NCBI GenBank assembly: GCA_051362555.1
Contig: CM120640.1
Location: 35,111,967 to 35,175,966 of the forward strand
Reading direction: 5' to 3'
DNA from: Lingula anatina
Lineage: Eukaryota; Animalia; Brachiopoda
DNA length: 64,000 bases
A program made the position numbers and the translations under genes. Positions 13,251-25,822 of the stretch are shown piece by piece; the first letter of the stretch is position 1, and each line of letters starts with the position of its first letter. Under the pieces are notes generated by a model, which searched no databases, was not told the origin of the DNA, and saw nothing but the letters and a program-made list of their open reading frames with translations.

Positions 13251-13308
<58 letters not shown>

Positions 13309-15122
13309 TAAAGAGGCAGGTTGCTTTCGAAAACTGGCGTGATCGGTTTACATTAACGTTAATTATTCTGTTTTCTTGCACAACTTTGGTGACGTTCGTC
13401 CCATAACTACAAAGCCGTATTTTTTGTTTTACTTTAAAATTTACTGAGTGGCTTTGTTTGGTAAAGAGGCAGGTTGCTTTCGAAGATCGGTTTAAATATA
13501 CGGTAATTAATCTTCTTTTTCATACATTAGCATTTTCAGCGGCTTTTATATCCTTGGAACTGAATCACTTGCTAGTTTTTCAGTGTCCATGTTATCTGTA
13601 GTACATAATGTGAGAGGGTAAGAGTGATTATGCTGTTGTAAAGCATTATGTAACAATGCATCAAAATTGTCCAAAACATTATTTGGTGCACTTTTTCTGC
13701 GTAATCATTATGTCTAAACATTTGACAGCTTTGCTGCCTTGTTTTCTGTATGGTGTCTGTATACTTGCCAGCTTTGCTGTCTAGTTATTGATTGCTCTAT
13801 ATAACAAACTCGCTGTTTTGAAATCTTAATATATTGTGGCTCTTAGGACAATGTTGCAAGGCTTTTTCCAAAGGCTTTGAAACTAACTGTACTTGATTCA
13901 TGTCAAATCTAATGATGAATTTTTTGCCATTTACAACAGCAAGCCCATACATCGCTACAGCCCCAACAATAGTTACGAGGACAAAACATTCAGTCACCAT
14001 CAGGTGGGAAAAGTGGTCACCCGAGAAAAACCAAGGAATTGGCACCATCCAAAGCTATGGAATTTCGTTTAGGCGAGAAGGAGAACCGATCAAGGAAGTG
14101 ACAGTGTCGCCAGATAACGATATAGCTACAGTGCAGAGTCTAGCTGATTACACGGAATACAATGTCTATGTCACCGTCAGAAATGGCACAGGACATAATG
14201 GCATGCCCAGTCCAATAATTACTGTGAGAACATGCGGGGGTAATCAAATTTTCTTTTACATTAACATTGAATTTTAATGAAAGAGCAACATATCTTTTTA
14301 CCAAGCAAAAAAAAGGGAAATTGTTAAAAAAACTTGCAATACCTATATTCCTTTTGGTTTTTCAGAACCTGTGGCACCACCTGAACCGACCATTTCTTCT
14401 TATCTTGAATCAACGAACAGATCCGCCTACATAGAGCTACGAACAGCGGTGTGTTTGTTTGTTTGGTGTGGTTAAATATGTATTATTTCAATCCCAGTCA
14501 TTCACTTATTTTGTCAAAAGTCATTTAAATGAACAGGACATCTTTTGGTATGGCCCTTTTATCGTGTGCTTATTATTATTTAGTCTCTCCGAGTTTTATC
14601 TGGCACAAAGAGTAACGGAGTATTGTCATGTATCCTCCATTCACTAACTTGTTTATTATCTGTACCATTAGTATAAAAAGTCCATTCTGTATATTAGGAA
14701 ATGACCCAAGCGATCCATAGATGCGACGGGTTTGCGAAATTGAATATACGCTATGAAGGAGAACTCAATGATTCGGGAGCCATCGTAGTCCCACAAGTGA
14801 ATGACACACAACTGATTAACATTACCAATCTAGCAACATTTAGTCGATACACCATTTATCTAACAGTAGTGAACAACTTACTGTTGGAAGGGCCACCAAT
14901 GACGATGCTTCATACTACTGCTGAAGGACGTAAGATTCTCACGGAAAGTTTTATTGGCACCTTACTAAGACAGCAATGAGCTTTTTAATTCTCATAAATA
15001 CAATGTCCAGTCTTTAATTCCGAGTAGTAATCGTATAATTGTCCCATATAGGTTTGTATAGAATCCCATCAGTGTAAACTGTAAGTAAAATCTCTTAATT
15101 TAATATTCGCAATTTTCCGAAA

Positions 15123-15154
<32 letters not shown>

Positions 15155-15873
15155 GTCAGTGCCTAAAATGTCTGTTTCAGTCCCCAACAAAATGAGACCA
15201 CCATTTGTTACTAATGTAGACGAGAATTCAATAGAGTTAGAGTGGAGAGAGCCATCTCCCCCTGGTGGCAAAATCACCGAATACGAGATATCATACTGTC
15301 CCTATGGCCACCTCTGTGAGCAGGCATCAAGAAGGCCCAGCATCAAAAGGACAACTATTCAAAATCTATTGACAAAGACATCGTATACCATTAAAGTAAG
15401 TTAGTTTTAATATTTTGCACATGTAGAGTGTGTTGTGAAGGGATCTTTCAAATTGTAAAACGTCATTACCGATGTATGTTGTTATAATCATAACTGAGCT
15501 TCCTTTACAATATCAAAGTCACAAACGGATTTTTATTTCAAACGTGTCTTTTATGAGTAAAGTAGCTTTCTCATCGCTTCATAGATTCGTGCGCAGACTG
15601 CGGTTGGTTACGGAGAGTACAGTGACGTCATTGCTCAGCATACCGGTACAACACGCGATGATACAGGTATCTTTCTCCTATCTTTCATTTATCCTTCTAT
15701 TCGAGTCTCATTCCTCTATTTTCTCACATGTAATTTCATCTCTATCTTCCAAGTACGTTTGCCACCTTGGTACATTCGGCAAATGTATATATATAAGTTG
15801 CACCAAACTGATAAAATCTAGAAACAAAATTAGCTTTAGTTTGACAGCTTTTTTTACCTTTCTTTATGTTTAA

Positions 15874-15917
<44 letters not shown>

Positions 15918-18363
15918 TTTGCAAATAATCACTCGTGAGATTAGAGTTTTTGCTTTTGTGTAAATGTTCTTGATATCCGTGTGCCGTCTCCAAACCCGCT
16001 TTTTCCCGCAGAACAACAAGCGACCTTTGGGTCCACTAAGACTGGGTTCTCATAACTAGATCGATCTAACAGCATCGATCCAACTCCAACGGGTTTCTCG
16101 GTAAATTGCTTTCAGCTTAAGCATCTTAGATGTCTGGCACGCCTACTGAAGCTGCTAATCGATAATTAATTACCCCCTTGCAGCTTCAGTAGGCGTGACA
16201 GACATCTAATCCGCTTAAGTTAATTACAATTTAGCGAGAATCTCCTCGGAGATGGATCGATCCACAGTTAGTACGATAGGGTCTGAGAATGGTCCCTAAG
16301 CAACTTGTCTGCCTCGCCTGTGCGTAAGCTATATGCAAACTACGGCGTCCAACACGATCACAGACAATACAGACGACATCCGAACGTTGTTTGGGCGATC
16401 GTCTAGCCTCCTTTTTGCTTTCTCTGTACCGTCATTGGCGTCCAATGTCGATCGGTTGCGACCAACTAACCATGCTTCTGTCTCCTTTGAGACTGATGAG
16501 CTATGTTTGGGTGACCTTTGGCGACTGCTGTGTTTGGATATGTCTTTGCTCTATTATAATTTTGTAGGTCCCCTGTCCCAGTCCGCCAATTAAAAACATA
16601 CTAGCTAAACAAATGATTAGGAATCGACTTCTTTTCCAAGCTACGGCAATACTAGGTCTGCCTGCCCTGATTATAGCCAGATGGTCATTGCTGCCCTTAT
16701 ATGAAGAATGGACAGTCCTTAAAGAAACCATAGGCTAAACCTGGAGGGGCCACCACTGGCTGACACAATACAGAAAATTTTAACCCGTTTACAACAGAAT
16801 AACTCTGCAAAAACTGCGACTATAACTGCATCTTGAACTACGACTGAATATTCGTTCTCTAATTAATTCTCTAACAGGTCGGTTCGAGAATTGAAAAAAA
16901 TACTATTAGGAGATAACGTTTTAAGGCTGGTGTGAATTTACCAGTTGCTGTTACTCTCAGATTTCTAGCCTCCGTTAAAAAATACCATAGCACGGCCAAG
17001 TTTGACAGTGAAAAATGCTTCTAAGAGGTGCCGACCACTGACCGACCATTGGGCACCCATTCAGTAACCACAGAAATATTTGTGCCCACTTTCTGCCTTC
17101 CTTGCGTCACGTCTCAGCGACCAACCTCCTCCTTGACATTTATGCGTTTGCAAAAATTTGCGTCGACCATGGCGTGCACGCTGACGCGTAAACATAATAT
17201 GTTTTATGGGTTACTTCGTGTTACTTAAACATCTGTTGTATGTTCTTGTTTGGTTCTTCTTTTGTTTTAAGCGGTAAAAAAAAAACAGATGGGGGAATGT
17301 AAATGTGGACTTATTATGTGCTTATGTACATTTCATTATAAGTATTGTACATAAACTGTCATTGTAAACCCTTACTTGCATGAATGATGAAAACTTCTAA
17401 CATGACTGTATCTTTACTCGATGTGTTTTTTTTATAGATTCGACTGCAATAGTTGCAGGGATTTTGGTGGCCGGAGCAATGGTGGCGGCGGCCATTGTCA
17501 TCGCTGTCGTTCTCTGTCTCAGGTTGCACATTCAAATGATTTGAATATTAGAGAATCTTGTGGTCGTATTCAAAAAGACAATATTGATGAAAGAAATAAT
17601 TGGATTGAAACCAGTGTCATCTTTCGTATACAAGACAAGCATTTATATGGATGTATACTTATTGTAGATCACTGTAATCTGATCATTTAATCACAAGTGA
17701 ATTTTTAATTGTATATTATTTTCAGGCGTCGAAACCAATGTAATTGAAAGTTTGAAATGCATGTATTGCATGTGTTTTTGTAATCACATGCATTTCAAAC
17801 TTTCTTGGTGTTCTCTGTTTGCAAGTATAGACGACAGGCTCCTTCGTCTGAAATACAGGCAAACGTTGGTAGGTGAAGGCGAGGTGTTTAATGTGGAAAT
17901 ATTCAGTTTTGTTCCTTTAACTATCTTTTTTTATATCGGTGTATGAAATAATTTGTAAAGATTTCTTTCTCGATGTATACTTCTACCGTGTATTCTATAG
18001 ATAAGTGTAACATGAACAGAAATTCGAACTTGTTGTTTTGTCCGTTTGAGTTTGCAAGTGCAGTGGTACATGCAGTAAGTAGTACACAACTTGTAGGCCT
18101 ATTGGATGTCTTGTACTATGTATCAGTACGACCACGCTTGGGTACGGCTTACGCGTGGTATTCCTACTTAAACCTTACCTTGGTGCATAGGAAATCAATT
18201 CAAGTATTTTTAATGCTTTGTTCAAGCCTCAGCAAGCACAACCTCCTCCCCGGATACGAACGAGGCGTACTGCAACATTGACGTGGCATCTGTGAACCGT
18301 GATGAGCCAGACTACTGTGAGCTTAACCAGGATGGAGAGGGTGTCAAGTATGTGCGCGTGTAG
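8771..18363 (+). CDS. Type I membrane receptor: signal peptide, EGF-like, 2x F-type lectin (F5/8C) domains, EGF-like, 3x FN3, TM, short tail with ITAM-like and ITIM-like motifs
   Basis: Approximate exons: 8771-8828, 9487-9648, 9902-10126, 10462-10668, 11093-11308, 11678-11890, 12860-13006, 13940-14238, 14366-14448, 14698-14929, 15181-15395, 15586-15666, 17439-17522 (TM IVAGILVAGAMVAAAIVIAVVLCL), 17726-17739 and/or 17831-17867, 18226-18363. FTL motifs NLAYGKPASQS/AVDG/YWTVDL/LCEV and NVAFGKRAEQ/AIDG/SCTHT/PWWQVDLG/LCEV. FN3 W...Y...L...Y patterns. AATAAA signals at ~18538, 18705 and 18876. Confidence 0.88.
10843..10894. repeat. (ATATA)n pentanucleotide microsatellite
   Basis: Read directly. 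Confidence 0.95.
11591..11616. mobile_element. 26-bp micro inverted-repeat insertion with 7-bp TSD (P-superfamily-like ends)
   Basis: cctctac|CAAGGAGTT-ACTGTTGA-AACTCCTTG|cctctac. A related copy lies at 57047-57075. Confidence 0.6.
11930..12096. mobile_element. hAT-like MITE (related copies inverted at ~42765-43385 and ~46870-47058)
   Basis: TIRs CAGGGGCGGATCCAG...CCTAAATCCGCCCCTG. Internal TCAATGTAAACTTGAAAATCTGACCGTCTTCCGGAA matches the reverse complement near 46915 and 42790. Confidence 0.75.
12308..12700. mobile_element. Degenerate piggyBac-like MITE
   Basis: Bounded by TTAAATCCCGTTTACG and CGTTAAGAGGTTAA; GC-richer interior than the flanks. Confidence 0.4.
13097..13786. mobile_element. 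Non-autonomous Helentron/DINE-1-like element
   Basis: Terminal hairpin TATACAGACAC-TGTAA-GTGTTTGTATA, a GTC/CGC microsatellite, an internal duplicated unit interrupted by a ~55-nt poly-T, and the end TTTGACAGCTTTGCTGCCTTGTT. Same family as 27940-30074. Confidence 0.75.
15950..16296. mobile_element. Foldback MITE (~250 bp palindrome) plus left flank duplicated at ~18940-19040
   Basis: TTAGATGTCTGGCACGCCTACTGAAGCTGC pairs with GCAGCTTCAGTAGGCGTGACAGACATCTAA, and outer arms extend from 16041 to 16296. Segment 15953-16072 is repeated at 18941-19039. Confidence 0.75.
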
Positions 18364-19229
18364 TCACGTGTAAGTTTCGAAAAGATTGAATTTTCCATGA
18401 TTGGAAAGCTGTTTGTTGTGGGAATGATATAAGGCACAGGGGAATGACATAGGCCTACTGTACGAGCGTCATGAAATTATGTGCAATATGTAAGCAGAAA
18501 TATGCTAAACGGATGATACTGTATGTTGATGCATCTCAATAAATAAATTACGCATGACTGGCATCACCAGTGAATTTACAGAGAAAAAACGAAAAAGGAA
18601 CGAAAAATGACGCGTTAACAAAGTGATGTGCATTAAGAAGAAACAGGCATGTACCAGTGTGTGCGTTGGTTTCTCATCACCGTGATGAAAACATCTTTTG
18701 GCAGAATAAATGCTTATACTTCCATATGCATGTAAACTTGGAAACGTGCATTGGATTTATTTATATTGCTTTAAGTTTCTTTTCAGGTGTGTAAAGTTGT
18801 TAAGTGTAGAGTTTTTGTACATATTTATGCTGAATAGAAAGCATGTGTATGTAACTGAATCTGCATTTAGTGATCAATAAACATTTAATTATCCAAAATG
18901 TATATTTCTATTGCCCTCACGTTAAAATAAGGAACTCCTGCCTTTGTGTAAATGTTCTTGCGATCCTTGTGCCTTCTCCAAACCCGGCCTTTCCTTGCAG
19001 AACTACAAGCGATCTCCGTCCACTAAACCTGGGTTCCTATACTTAGATCGATCTAACAGGTTTTAAGATGCTTGCTATATTTCAATGTTAATTTAAGATA
19101 AATGTGTCTATATACAGTATCCAAATACACGTGGTTCACAAAAACGCTAAAAACTGTGCGAAATGAATAACGTGCATTGACACCGTTCTCGTTTTATAAC
19201 GGCACATTTATTCTTTCAAGATTTATCAT

Positions 19230-19695
19230 TTTAGCTACCCATAAAGATGTACTTTCTGGCATGAAGCCAGTCATTTTTCAAAAATTTTATTCAACATTTT
19301 AAGCACAGTATATTGCAAACAAAATGTTGGGAACTTTCCATATTATCATGTCATATTTCTTCAAATCTAAAGCCTCATTTACCTTTAAATCTTCTAGAGA
19401 ATGGAGTTTCCAGTGACCTCTGAAACTCAATGTGCCAATTTTCCAAAATTTTATTGCATGAAAATACAAATAGTTCATGAATTTTAAGAAAATACAGATA
19501 GGTCTGGAATTTTAAGACCATGCGACATATATCTGGTATATTCGGGATAAGTCACGGTAATCAATTTCTCGGAATGCGACCAAAAATGAAATGTCATATA
19601 TCCCAAGGTACCGTAGAACAAGTTCGGTGTTTCAATTAATAAAAACTTAATTTCCCAATATCTCCAACCCTTACCCGCTTGGTCTTTGCGTCGGA
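19230..19695 (+). repeat. Dispersed repeat, copy 2 (see 6900-7345)
   Basis: Colinear similarity to 6900-7345. Confidence 0.75.
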
Positions 19696-20074
19696 GGGCT
19701 ATTTCCGAAATGGTGTTTCAAGACCTCAAAATTATCAGATGTTTTTTGTTTTCACCATTTCACTTTTAGATATTTACATTTACCGTTTATAAGATAAATG
19801 TCAATGTCATCCATGCACGTCAATTGTGCTTTTATCAAACTTTACACAGAGCTCTCATTTAGACAGAAATTTTTTACAGAATGATAATGAGAAATGTTAT
19901 GAAATTCGTATATAAAATTTCATGGGTAAAAACTGACATCCACATTACTGTAACGTTTCAGCAGAAATAACAAAACAATGATAACCTAAAAAACCATTAG
20001 TCGTACATTAAAAAGAACGCTCTTCTTAATTTTGACGTGGTAATCGAAGCCGCGATTTCAATGAAGACCAAGAT

Positions 20075-20100
20075 GACGCGCGAGAAAACGTGACGTCATA
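20075..20100. promoter_or_regulatory. CpG-rich element with palindromic CRE (TGACGTCA) and an E2F-like site just upstream of the coiled-coil gene ATG
   Basis: GACGCGCGAGAAAACGTGACGTCATA at 20075-20100. Function is inferred from the motif only. Confidence 0.35.
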
Positions 20101-23100
20101 ATGAACGTGGTTTGTCTTGATATGCATAATCACCACGTTACCAAGGTAATTTAGAATTTCCGAATGCGTGACAATGGGTGAGTAAATTTTTTTGCTCTCT
20201 TTCACCAATATATTTTCAGTGTAAGATACTGACATATATGAAGAAATATGGTGAAATTTATTACTCCTTATCTTCCATCTATGTTTTAAATACAATTTGT
20301 TTCACTAAACCTTAATTTTCGTAGTAATTTTCGTATTGAATATAAACGAGGAAGGCCAATAATATATCTCAATATCGCAGGCCTACCATAAAATGGTTTC
20401 TTACTTATTCACTGGGCAAATCTCTTAAATTCCAGGGTACACCACATTGCTAAAGACGTTTTACAAAATGCAATATATACTCGTTGCTGTGGATAATTCA
20501 GTCACAAAATATAGAACTTAACGGGTCGGGTATGACAAATGCTGTCCACTGGGACTTTTCGGGTGAAAAAGTATCAAACGGGGACTGGCAACAAAGATAG
20601 AAAATTATTCGAACTGGTGTGCACATACGAATATCTAAATACCATGTTATATAGTTTTGATTTCGTATCCTCTCGATATATCAGAGGAAAATACTCCAAT
20701 CCATTATTCATTACTTTCCCTAATGCATAACTAATTCAGTGTAGGCCTATACTGTATACTAAATTATTTCGGAGAATTTGGAGAGAAAAAAATTCTCTTG
20801 TCGTTGAATACAGTCTTTCTTTTATAAACCAAGACAAGGTAGGCTCAAAAAGAAATCGACACATTCGGGCATTAACATCACATGTCAAAAACTGGCGGAT
20901 TCGGGGTAGCAATAATGGGGTAGGGGGTGCATATTATCATAAATATAATATTAGATAAACAGTCAAATTAATTCTGGGGAGTTGAAATCCAATGTTAAAC
21001 TGCCACAATTTACCATTTGTGTCCTAATGTTACGATTTGAAAAAAAATCACGTTTTTGCGTTCTTATTTTAGGTCTATTTAAAATTCGGAAGAAAAGAGC
21101 GATCGAGGTTGCGAATGAACTAGAACGTTCAAAGATTAATCACCACCTAATGGTATTGAAATGCCAAATGGACGAAGTGTTAAATAAAGTGAACACGAAC
21201 AAAAGCGCTCTCCAGAACACCAAGGAGGCTATCAGTTTTGCAGATACACATACTGAAGAAACCACTTCAAAAATAGCAGATTTAGAGAAACGTATCGGTA
21301 GGTAATTAAAAAAAGGTTTTTATTTCGCTCATTAATTATCTTATTTAATGGATTAATAACAAACCGGTAATGGAACTGAAATGAGGGGAACATTTTTTGA
21401 GGAAAGTGTTGTAAGATTATGGAAAACATCAATGTAAGCTATACTAAGTATAGATAGCGATTTATATAATCCAAACGGTGATTTTCTATGGCCAGGATGA
21501 ACCGATTTTGTGGCTGTTCTTTTTATGAAAGCTTTTAATTTGCCGTTCTGTTTTTCTGCTGTGCAAATTGATTTTTTTATCTTCTTGTCTCAGATTTCTT
21601 GGGCAGCGAACGACAGGTTAACACTGAAAGGATGGCCACTCTTGAAAGGAGAATGACCCAATTAGAGAGGGAATTTCAACTCGAGAAAGAGGATAAAAGG
21701 CTGCTGAAGTGGGAGAAAGAAGCAATGGTGAATCGTGTTACTGGACTGATGTTGACCATATCTCGTCAGCATGATGAAATTGACAGGCTCAATGGACTTC
21801 TGGGGGCAAAGGTATAAGAGGACGCTCTGTTCTTTAATACATGTATAAGCCTATATAATATAATCTTTACTGTAGATTTCCATTTGATATACGCCAATTA
21901 TTTCTTATGCGTACTGCGTCCTTTTTTAATGATAATATTAGAAAAACACAAGCAGTATTTTGGTCTACTCCCCAAATCTTCTTTTCTTTACGATTAGAAT
22001 TATTTTATATTGCTTGCATAGTTTTGCATGGTGTGATTTGAATTTTAATTCATTATTTAGCCACCTGATGATGTGATGACGGGACTGAGCAAGCCATATG
22101 AAGAAGTAGGGGCTATCGTGATCAAGATAACTGGAGGTTCGTAGTAATAAAGAAGGAGATGAGTTTGTGACGTGGGATTCTGTTTTGTGTTTTATTTTTA
22201 TTTAAAAATAAAATAATAAATCCAGTTGTTTATGTGCTGAATTGTTGATCTGTCACTGTCATGCATTGGTCTTTTTTAAAGTCTTGATTAATATATATTC
22301 TTATAATCGATTATTCTATGCTGATGTTTACCTTTAGAAACAGTGCATTATTTTGTGTATCATACTTTATTTTTTTTCAACTATATATCCTACATGTATT
22401 TTCCTTAGTCAGTAACTTATAAAAATGATGTAACATTTTAGATGAGGATACTCCTGCAGGAGGGGACAAGAACGATACCAAAGCTGTCCAAGTCGAGGAA
22501 AAGGTAAAAGATTCCTTTACAATAAATGGTTCCATTTTTTTGTTTGATTTAGGTCCATTCATCAGCCATTCATTTTTGTGCATTTAAAATGTTATGATAT
22601 TTCGGCAACTTGCACACGTGTACCGTATATCTGTAGTCGCCAACTATCTCCATCAATTAAAATGGATTGTTTTTTTACCGGATAAATCTGTTTCCTAATG
22701 AATTTTAAAAAATGTTTGGTTCTTATTCTAGTTCCAGACTGAGAATTCCCATCTGAAACGTCTGGAACTGGAGATAGACCAGATAAAGAAAAAACTTAGT
22801 CAAATGGAAGGTCAGTAGGCCTACAAATATCAAGTTTCTTTTGTTTAAAAACCATCAGCTTTCCAACTGTAATGTCCCATCTAGCATTGCGTATTTCTCG
22901 GATCAGTTTCGTTCGTTTTTTTCTTTCGAAATAATAGCACTCAAAAATAATAATAATAACTAACTAAATAAAACATCGTTGAATAATTGATCGTAGTTTT
23001 TCATCTTTGTTTTTGTAATTTACTTTGTTACCAGTTCAGTCATTTTCATTTCATTGTTATAGAAGAAGGGTATGGAGATAAAGATCATATTGTTCCACCA

Positions 23101-24085
23101 AAGACAGACAATCTGGAGTTCTTGCTGAAGAAAGAGGTTTGTAAATAGATATTTATCATTTCGCATAAAAATAATATATATCGTCTATTTTTATTGTTGG
23201 TCAAAGGCAGTATTGTCGGCTTTATTATTGACATTGCTTCAAACTCAACCAAACAGCACCATGTAAATAAAAAAAAAAACATTGGGCTATGGCTAAATTA
23301 TGGACAGAATTAAATACGCATAATGCGCGGTCTATTATGTGTAGACCATCAATGGATCATACAATCAAATATCATACATTAAGCTAGTGTATTTTTTTTC
23401 AGACACAGGTTGCAATCAAGACATCTCCAAAAGATGGTGACGAAGGAGATGAGGCCATGCTCAAGAGACTGGAGGACATTGCCCTCTCCTTGGACGAGAA
23501 GCCCAACGCCATCCTTGACGACACCAGCATTCAGGCTGAGGCAGGCGTGGCAGAAGACAGCACCGTTGTCCCTGAGGCAGTCATTCTGGAGGAAGAAAAG
23601 GAGGAGGAGGTTTGTAAATGAATAATGCAACCCGTTTACAAATGAAATGTATTATTATTAAGTGTTCTTGATATTAAATTTTATATTGAACTATTACAGT
23701 GGATTAATTCCAGTGTCGTATTTAAATATGTTCTTAATTATGGAGTAATTGGACTTAAAAATCCAACATGTCAGAAGCGTAAATAAATTTCGAAGCATGG
23801 TCTCTAAGTAGGCCAGCAGTAAATTGTACAATCAGAATGTACACATCATTGAATTGTGGTCGGTTACAGCCTTCTGTCAAAGCATGCCTAACTGAAGAGA
23901 TGCCAAACACCGTTCTCGTGGACACCGCCGGGGAAGACGCATCTCCAAAACTTGGCCACTTGAAGCCAAAAGCCGACGTGGTGTTGGTAGCACAGCCCCA
24001 GGCCGCAAAGGACAAGGAACGCTGCAAGAAAAGCAGGAAGGGGCGCAATAAGAAGAAGGGCATCTTCCGTTACCACTGCTTTTAA
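20101..24085 (+). CDS. Uncharacterised coiled-coil protein with acidic low-complexity middle and polybasic C-terminus
   Basis: In-frame phase-compatible exons at about 20101-20145, 20814-20838, 21073-21297, 21594-21811, 22061-22136, 22442-22503, 22732-22810, 23062-23136, 23403-23609, 23870-24085. Heptad-rich segments (SKIADLEKRI, RMATLERRMTQLEREFQLEKE). Ends KKSRKGRNKKKGIFRYHCF*. The first two exons are less certain. Confidence 0.75.
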
Positions 24086-24529
24086 GTTGACATCACAAGT
24101 GGTGGAAGAGGCCTGGGACATTGACTTCATCACAGCTTCAATCTCTAATATTTTTCAATCATTTCTAAACCAAACCAAACGCAAATTTAAATTTTTTGTC
24201 AGGGTGGGAGGGGGTTGAAAGGGGTTAAGTTTATTGTTACCTGTGTTAACCTACTCACGTATATCTACAATATAAATAGCACTTGATGATGGAACAAAAT
24301 ACTCATGCATATGCCTGTACTATATTTATGATTCACATTGCACAATAATCCCATGGCTGAAAATTAAAATAATTCTTTTCTTGCACAACTCTTTGTTGTC
24401 ATTTTTCAAAATAATAAAAAAAAATTAAAAACTTTTTTTTTCTTTTTAATAATAATAATAATAATCTTTATTGGAGAAATCGCAACCCGAAGGTTGAAGT
24501 TATACAATTACATATATGAATATTTAAGT

Positions 24530-24680
24530 CAAGGAAGCCTGGTTATTTTTGCACTGGTGCACTCCGTAGGCGGTCTCACCTCCCTGGGGAGCATACAGCT
24601 CGGCTGCCATATAAGGCGCTCATAGCTAATATAACATTTCTAACCTGCCTGACCAGGCCCCTGCTTCAACCCCTTTATGC
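24530..24680 (-). mobile_element. SINE fragment with Deu/Nin-type conserved core
   Basis: The minus strand reads GCTGTATGCTCCCCAGGGAGGTGAG, recognised from memory as the Deu/Nin-domain SINE core. An (AAT)n run lies nearby at ~24448-24465. Confidence 0.55.
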
Positions 24681-25235
24681 TGAGTGCATATTTAAAAATA
24701 TGTGCACGGAGTTACTTCATATCTTGTCTTTCTTTGTTCCAAATGTACCCATACAGTATAGCACAGGTGTGCTCCGATTTAGCGTACATCGAAAGAAAGG
24801 CTCACAAGAGAGGAGAGAGGGAGAGAAAATGTCAGAATTATTTATCAGCTTATATTTATTTTCGATATATAGGCCTACATGGAAGTCCAAACAAATCAGT
24901 TATTTTAACTTGACTACAAAGTGAATTTAATCGAATTAATGTGGACTAAACTAATCATATGAATACAAAATGGAAGTACTAAGGTTGTTTTTAAATAAAA
25001 CCCCGTCGTGAGGGGTAAGATCTGTCCCAATCACGTCATTTGCGGTCTTAACTTTTCCAGTTTGTCCCTGCCTGTTACTAGGCTGCGTGAAAGAAGAAGA
25101 AAGTGACAGTAATATTCTTTGTTTCTATAGATCTACGTTTCCTCCAGTCAGGTTTTTTTTTAATCTTGGCACCGTCTAGTATAGGGGCCTATTTGTTGCG
25201 TAAAACGAAAAATACATAAAAATCTTTATTTTCAG

Positions 25236-25598
25236 TTAAAGGGATAATAACTTCGTTTTGTCCAAAAAAAATTTTCCCGGAGTAAACAGCAATTTTCCCA
25301 TACTTACCAATGGTTAACGAATCCACTTCTACATTCAAAGTTGGTCGATCCCTTTTTTTTTTTTTTTTTTTTTTCTAAAATGTTTGGTTTTATGTTATAA
25401 TTTCTTAAGAGATTATTACAGAGTATAGCCATCTATGGAGGTCACGTTGTCTGATGACAAGTTCAGATATCAGAATAATAGCTATAACAGCCGTTATTGT
25501 GGTAAAACAGAATATCTTATATTTCTATGAGTTGTTTACAATGTTTTTATAGTGAAAGATAGATCTCATAGTCATACGAAGAGTTATTATCCCTTTAA
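25236..25598. mobile_element. TTAA-flanked non-autonomous element (Kolobok-like), copy 1
   Basis: TTAA|AGGGATAATAACT...AGTTATTATCCCT|TTAA. Same TIR family as 52506-52826. Ends ~225 bp upstream of the PPWD1 ATG. Confidence 0.8.
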
Positions 25599-25822
25599 TT
25601 TGACTCGTTATCTTCCCTGCGTCGGGTATTCCGTTTTTATGTAATTATTTCATGTAATAGAAAAGCTTTTCATGTAATTTTTATACGCTGCAAATATTTT
25701 CTTTCATTCCTGCAGTCTTATAAATGCTGTTATATATGTGCTTGTGCTGCCGCTAAAGAGGACAGAACAAACCATCTGTCTTGGACTGTAGCGCCATCTA
25801 TAGCTATTGTAAATTTTTAAGC

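Noticed and set aside
13252-13306. Long poly-T (and poly-C at 56175-56198) as a retrocopy tail or terminator
   Set aside because: No adjacent processed gene or TSD; simple homopolymer expansion, with length possibly a sequencing artefact.
16333-17228. Short ORFs in the long receptor intron
   Set aside because: No recognisable domain or splice-compatible frame; probably the interior of a decayed transposon.
8771-24085. Receptor continuing into a phosphatase or kinase domain, or fusing with the coiled-coil gene
   Set aside because: In-frame stop at 18361-18363 followed by polyA signals; no PTP (HCSAG) or kinase motifs downstream.
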